A stretch of 23,633 nt of DNA from Ancylonema sp. Taxonomy: Eukaryota. The notes beneath the pieces were generated by a model. The model made no database searches. It had not been told where the DNA came from and was given only the letters and a program-made list of their open reading frames with translations. Shown here in pieces: positions 21,466-23,633 of the stretch. How positions within the stretch are numbered: the stretch's first letter is position 1; each line of letters begins with the position of its first letter. Position numbers and translations under genes: made by a program. The stretch is from positions 186,001 through 209,633 of the forward strand of contig JBFLGF010000006.1 in NCBI GenBank assembly GCA_050230475.1. The letters run 5' to 3'.

Positions 21466-21882
21466 TGTTAGGAGTGGACTTCGCAATCTATGTTGCAAGT
21501 GTTAGGACCCTCGCTACACACAAAGCACTGGCGAATTGAGCCGATAGGATGGAGGCTAATGAGCCGATGATCAAATGGTCGGGTTGATATGATAAGGCAT
21601 AACAAGGTGCAAGTACATGAGTTGAGAGGAATGCTCCAAAGGCATTCCTATGGACTAGTTATAGTGAAAGTTGGCATCCACAAGCTAATCAAGATGTGGG
21701 ATAACTAGAACTCTCTATAAGAACATGGAAAGCTAAGGGTCGGCAGATATAAGGACAAAGGGGCTAAGGACACACATATCACTATACAAAACTCGAACTC
21801 GCGAACTGCGCTAGTAGCGCTCTAGTGCTAAGTGTGGGGAGCCTTGCTAGGGAGCCCTAGTGACTGTAGCGAGGGTCCTAAC
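21466..21882 (-). repeat. 5' LTR of nested element
   Basis: TGTTAGGAGTGG...GAGGGTCCTAAC, direct repeat of 17741-18172 with several indels. Confidence 0.92.
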
Positions 21883-21887
21883 TCAGC

Positions 21888-22980
21888 GGTCTGGTGAAAT
21901 TCACTACTTAACGCTGAGGGCGAGCTAACAGATGGGTTATAGTACAAAAGTTTGTGAAAATACTAAAAAGCAAACAAGATAGTCTGGTGCAGACTATCCA
22001 GGTTAACAACCGTAAGGGTTACTTTCGGTGCGAAAGCAAAGTATCGACGGCGCGTCGATAAAAGATGTTGGCTCAAAAAGAGCGTCAGCAGACTGATGTA
22101 AACAACAAATGTTGGCTCGGAGCGAGCGACAGCAAACACACACACACAAATGAAATTGCCGGTTCGGAGCGAACACAGGCAAATCGACAAATGCTTTACA
22201 CACACACGCACGCTTGCTAGCTCAGAGAGAGCGTCAGCGAATCGATGTAAGAAATTAGAGCCGATAAACAAGCTGGCTCAGAAAGAGCGTGAGCAACAAA
22301 TTCAGATGAATTAGGTCAAATAAACACACACACAGATTGCAAAGAATGATTTGCAAACTTACCGTCTGGATGACGGATGTCAGGCTGAGACGAAAGACAA
22401 GCACGTTGCGAAGTCGCGTAAGCGAAGGGGTGCAATATTTAGAGAATTGCAAGAATTCAGATAACACAGAAGATTGTTGGAAGGGATTTCTTAACAGCAC
22501 AATCTGATAGCGGAAGCTGGCAGATCTAAAAGTACAATTTTACTTTTATCACAAAGTTGTTGCGCGGTGCTAACCGGCAGAGTTAACTAGAGTTAGACAG
22601 TCAAAGATAGCGACAGTCGAAGGCGGGCTTCTAGAACATTACACTTACTCTCGGCGCTCCGATGAAAACGACGAGAGATATTCCTCTAGTTCTACGGCTG
22701 GATTTAATCGCCGGGATTATCGACAAGTCGAAAGAGACTTCTGATTTTAACAAAATCGACACGCAGCTATTTGTTGAAGACTATTATTTATAGACTTCGG
22801 AAAATACGCCACGCGTTATTTTCGAGTCGTACAAATTTCGTACTTCACTATTTTTCTTGTAAAGTACTAGTTCTAGAGAATCGTTGTATCAAATACTCTC
22901 GTAATAGCATAGTATTAATTTATAGGGGTTCTTGATTAATCTAGAGGGGTTTCGCTTTAGCAATCTCTAGCGTCATGACA
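21888..22980 (-). repeat. Repeat X1, main part (5' terminus of the DNMT-Gypsy element)
   Basis: Matches 10159-11252; ends CGTCATGACA and is followed by GTCG and unrelated DNA rather than by Y. Confidence 0.95.
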
Positions 22981-22984
22981 GTCG
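22981..22984. other. Right target-site duplication GTCG
   Basis: Identical to 9888-9891. Confidence 0.8.
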
Positions 22985-23633
22985 CTCTCCACGTTGTGGT
23001 TGCGAAGAAGAATGTAGTATTCATTAGTGGCAGATGGGAGCCCTAAATTGTCAAGACGTATTTTAAACGTCCTCGAATCGCAAGATGTGTACGGGCAAAC
23101 TGATATACGGGCAAGGTGTAATACGGGCAAGGTGATTTCCTTAGTCTTGTTGTGCACACCAATCTAGCCTAACTTTGTGGCAAGTAATAACAAACAATCA
23201 TATGGACATTGTAATCGCCAATTTCGTATTTTAAAACCTCCACCTAGGGTCCTAAACATTGTGAGGATCTACATACGCGTCGGTTTTCACCTACTACAAG
23301 AAAGGCAACTTTCAACATTTGTACATGTCCATATACCAAAATTGGGGATATCGACCGATTCTAACTATGAGCATATAACAACCATTGAACGGTCTCTAAA
23401 AGTAAATTGCCGCACTTTCTTCGGATGCCATATGGAGAAACAGTCACCGAGAAAACAAACACATGGCAAGATCACTCAAAGCGTAGAAGAAGAACCTAAT
23501 TGTCGTCAACACTTGTGAAATAGTATCATTTGCCACATGCTATGATGTACTCTACGCAAATATGTTGCGGCAACGATTTCAAAACGTTTTTTTGCTTCGA
23601 AATGGATTTGTTGTTTTTCGCCATAAACTTCAA

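Larger units (their letters stand above)
17741..21882 (-). mobile_element. Nested Ty3/Gypsy element (Tf1/sushi- or Tcn1-like), integrase deleted
   Basis: Two related LTRs of about 420-430 bp, gag-protease-RT-RNase H on minus; flanked by TCAGT (17736-17740) and TCAGC (21883-21887) inside X1. Confidence 0.93.
9892..22980 (-). mobile_element. Ty3/Gypsy-type retrotransposon with C5-DNMT and PHD domains and permuted repeats X1-internal-Y1-X2-Y2
   Basis: Minus-strand order gag(CCHC), protease, DNMT, RT, RNase H, integrase, PHD, PPT; ends TGACG (9892) and ATGACA (22980) flanked by GTCG on both sides. Confidence 0.92.

Noticed and set aside
9892..22980. Classifying the element as DIRS/Ngaro/PAT because of split repeats and a methyltransferase
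   Set aside because: It has an aspartic protease, DDE integrase, PPT and TSD; no tyrosine-recombinase motifs seen; the MTase is C5-type, not the adenine MTase of DIRS.
23090..23133. TACGGGCAA x3 with 16-bp period
   Set aside because: Looks like a simple local tandem duplication with no supporting context.

Overview
Eukaryotic, TE-rich window from a streptophyte (phytochrome intron pattern suggests a charophyte/zygnematophyte alga; inference). Left to right: (1) 3' part of a degenerate Ty1/Copia element (1-3625) whose putative 3' LTR directly abuts (2) the C-terminal half (PAS-PAS-HKRD) of a phytochrome pseudogene (3627-5693); (3) a small BTB/POZ gene (about 7331-8195); (4) a 13-kb minus-strand Ty3/Gypsy-type element (9892-22980) whose degenerate pol carries a DNMT3-like C5 cytosine methyltransferase between protease and RT and a PHD finger after the integrase. 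Its repeats are permuted: on its own strand it reads X-internal-PPT-Y-X-Y instead of LTR-internal-LTR. The outer ends are TG...CA with a GTCG target-site duplication and match an internal CA-GC-TG palindrome in the intact Y/X join, as expected if a 2-LTR circle was opened and integrated inside the LTR. (5) A second, integrase-deleted Gypsy element (17741-21882) with Tf1/sushi-type self-priming signals is nested in the 5' X repeat. No RNA genes or CRISPR arrays seen. Identities are by-eye estimates.
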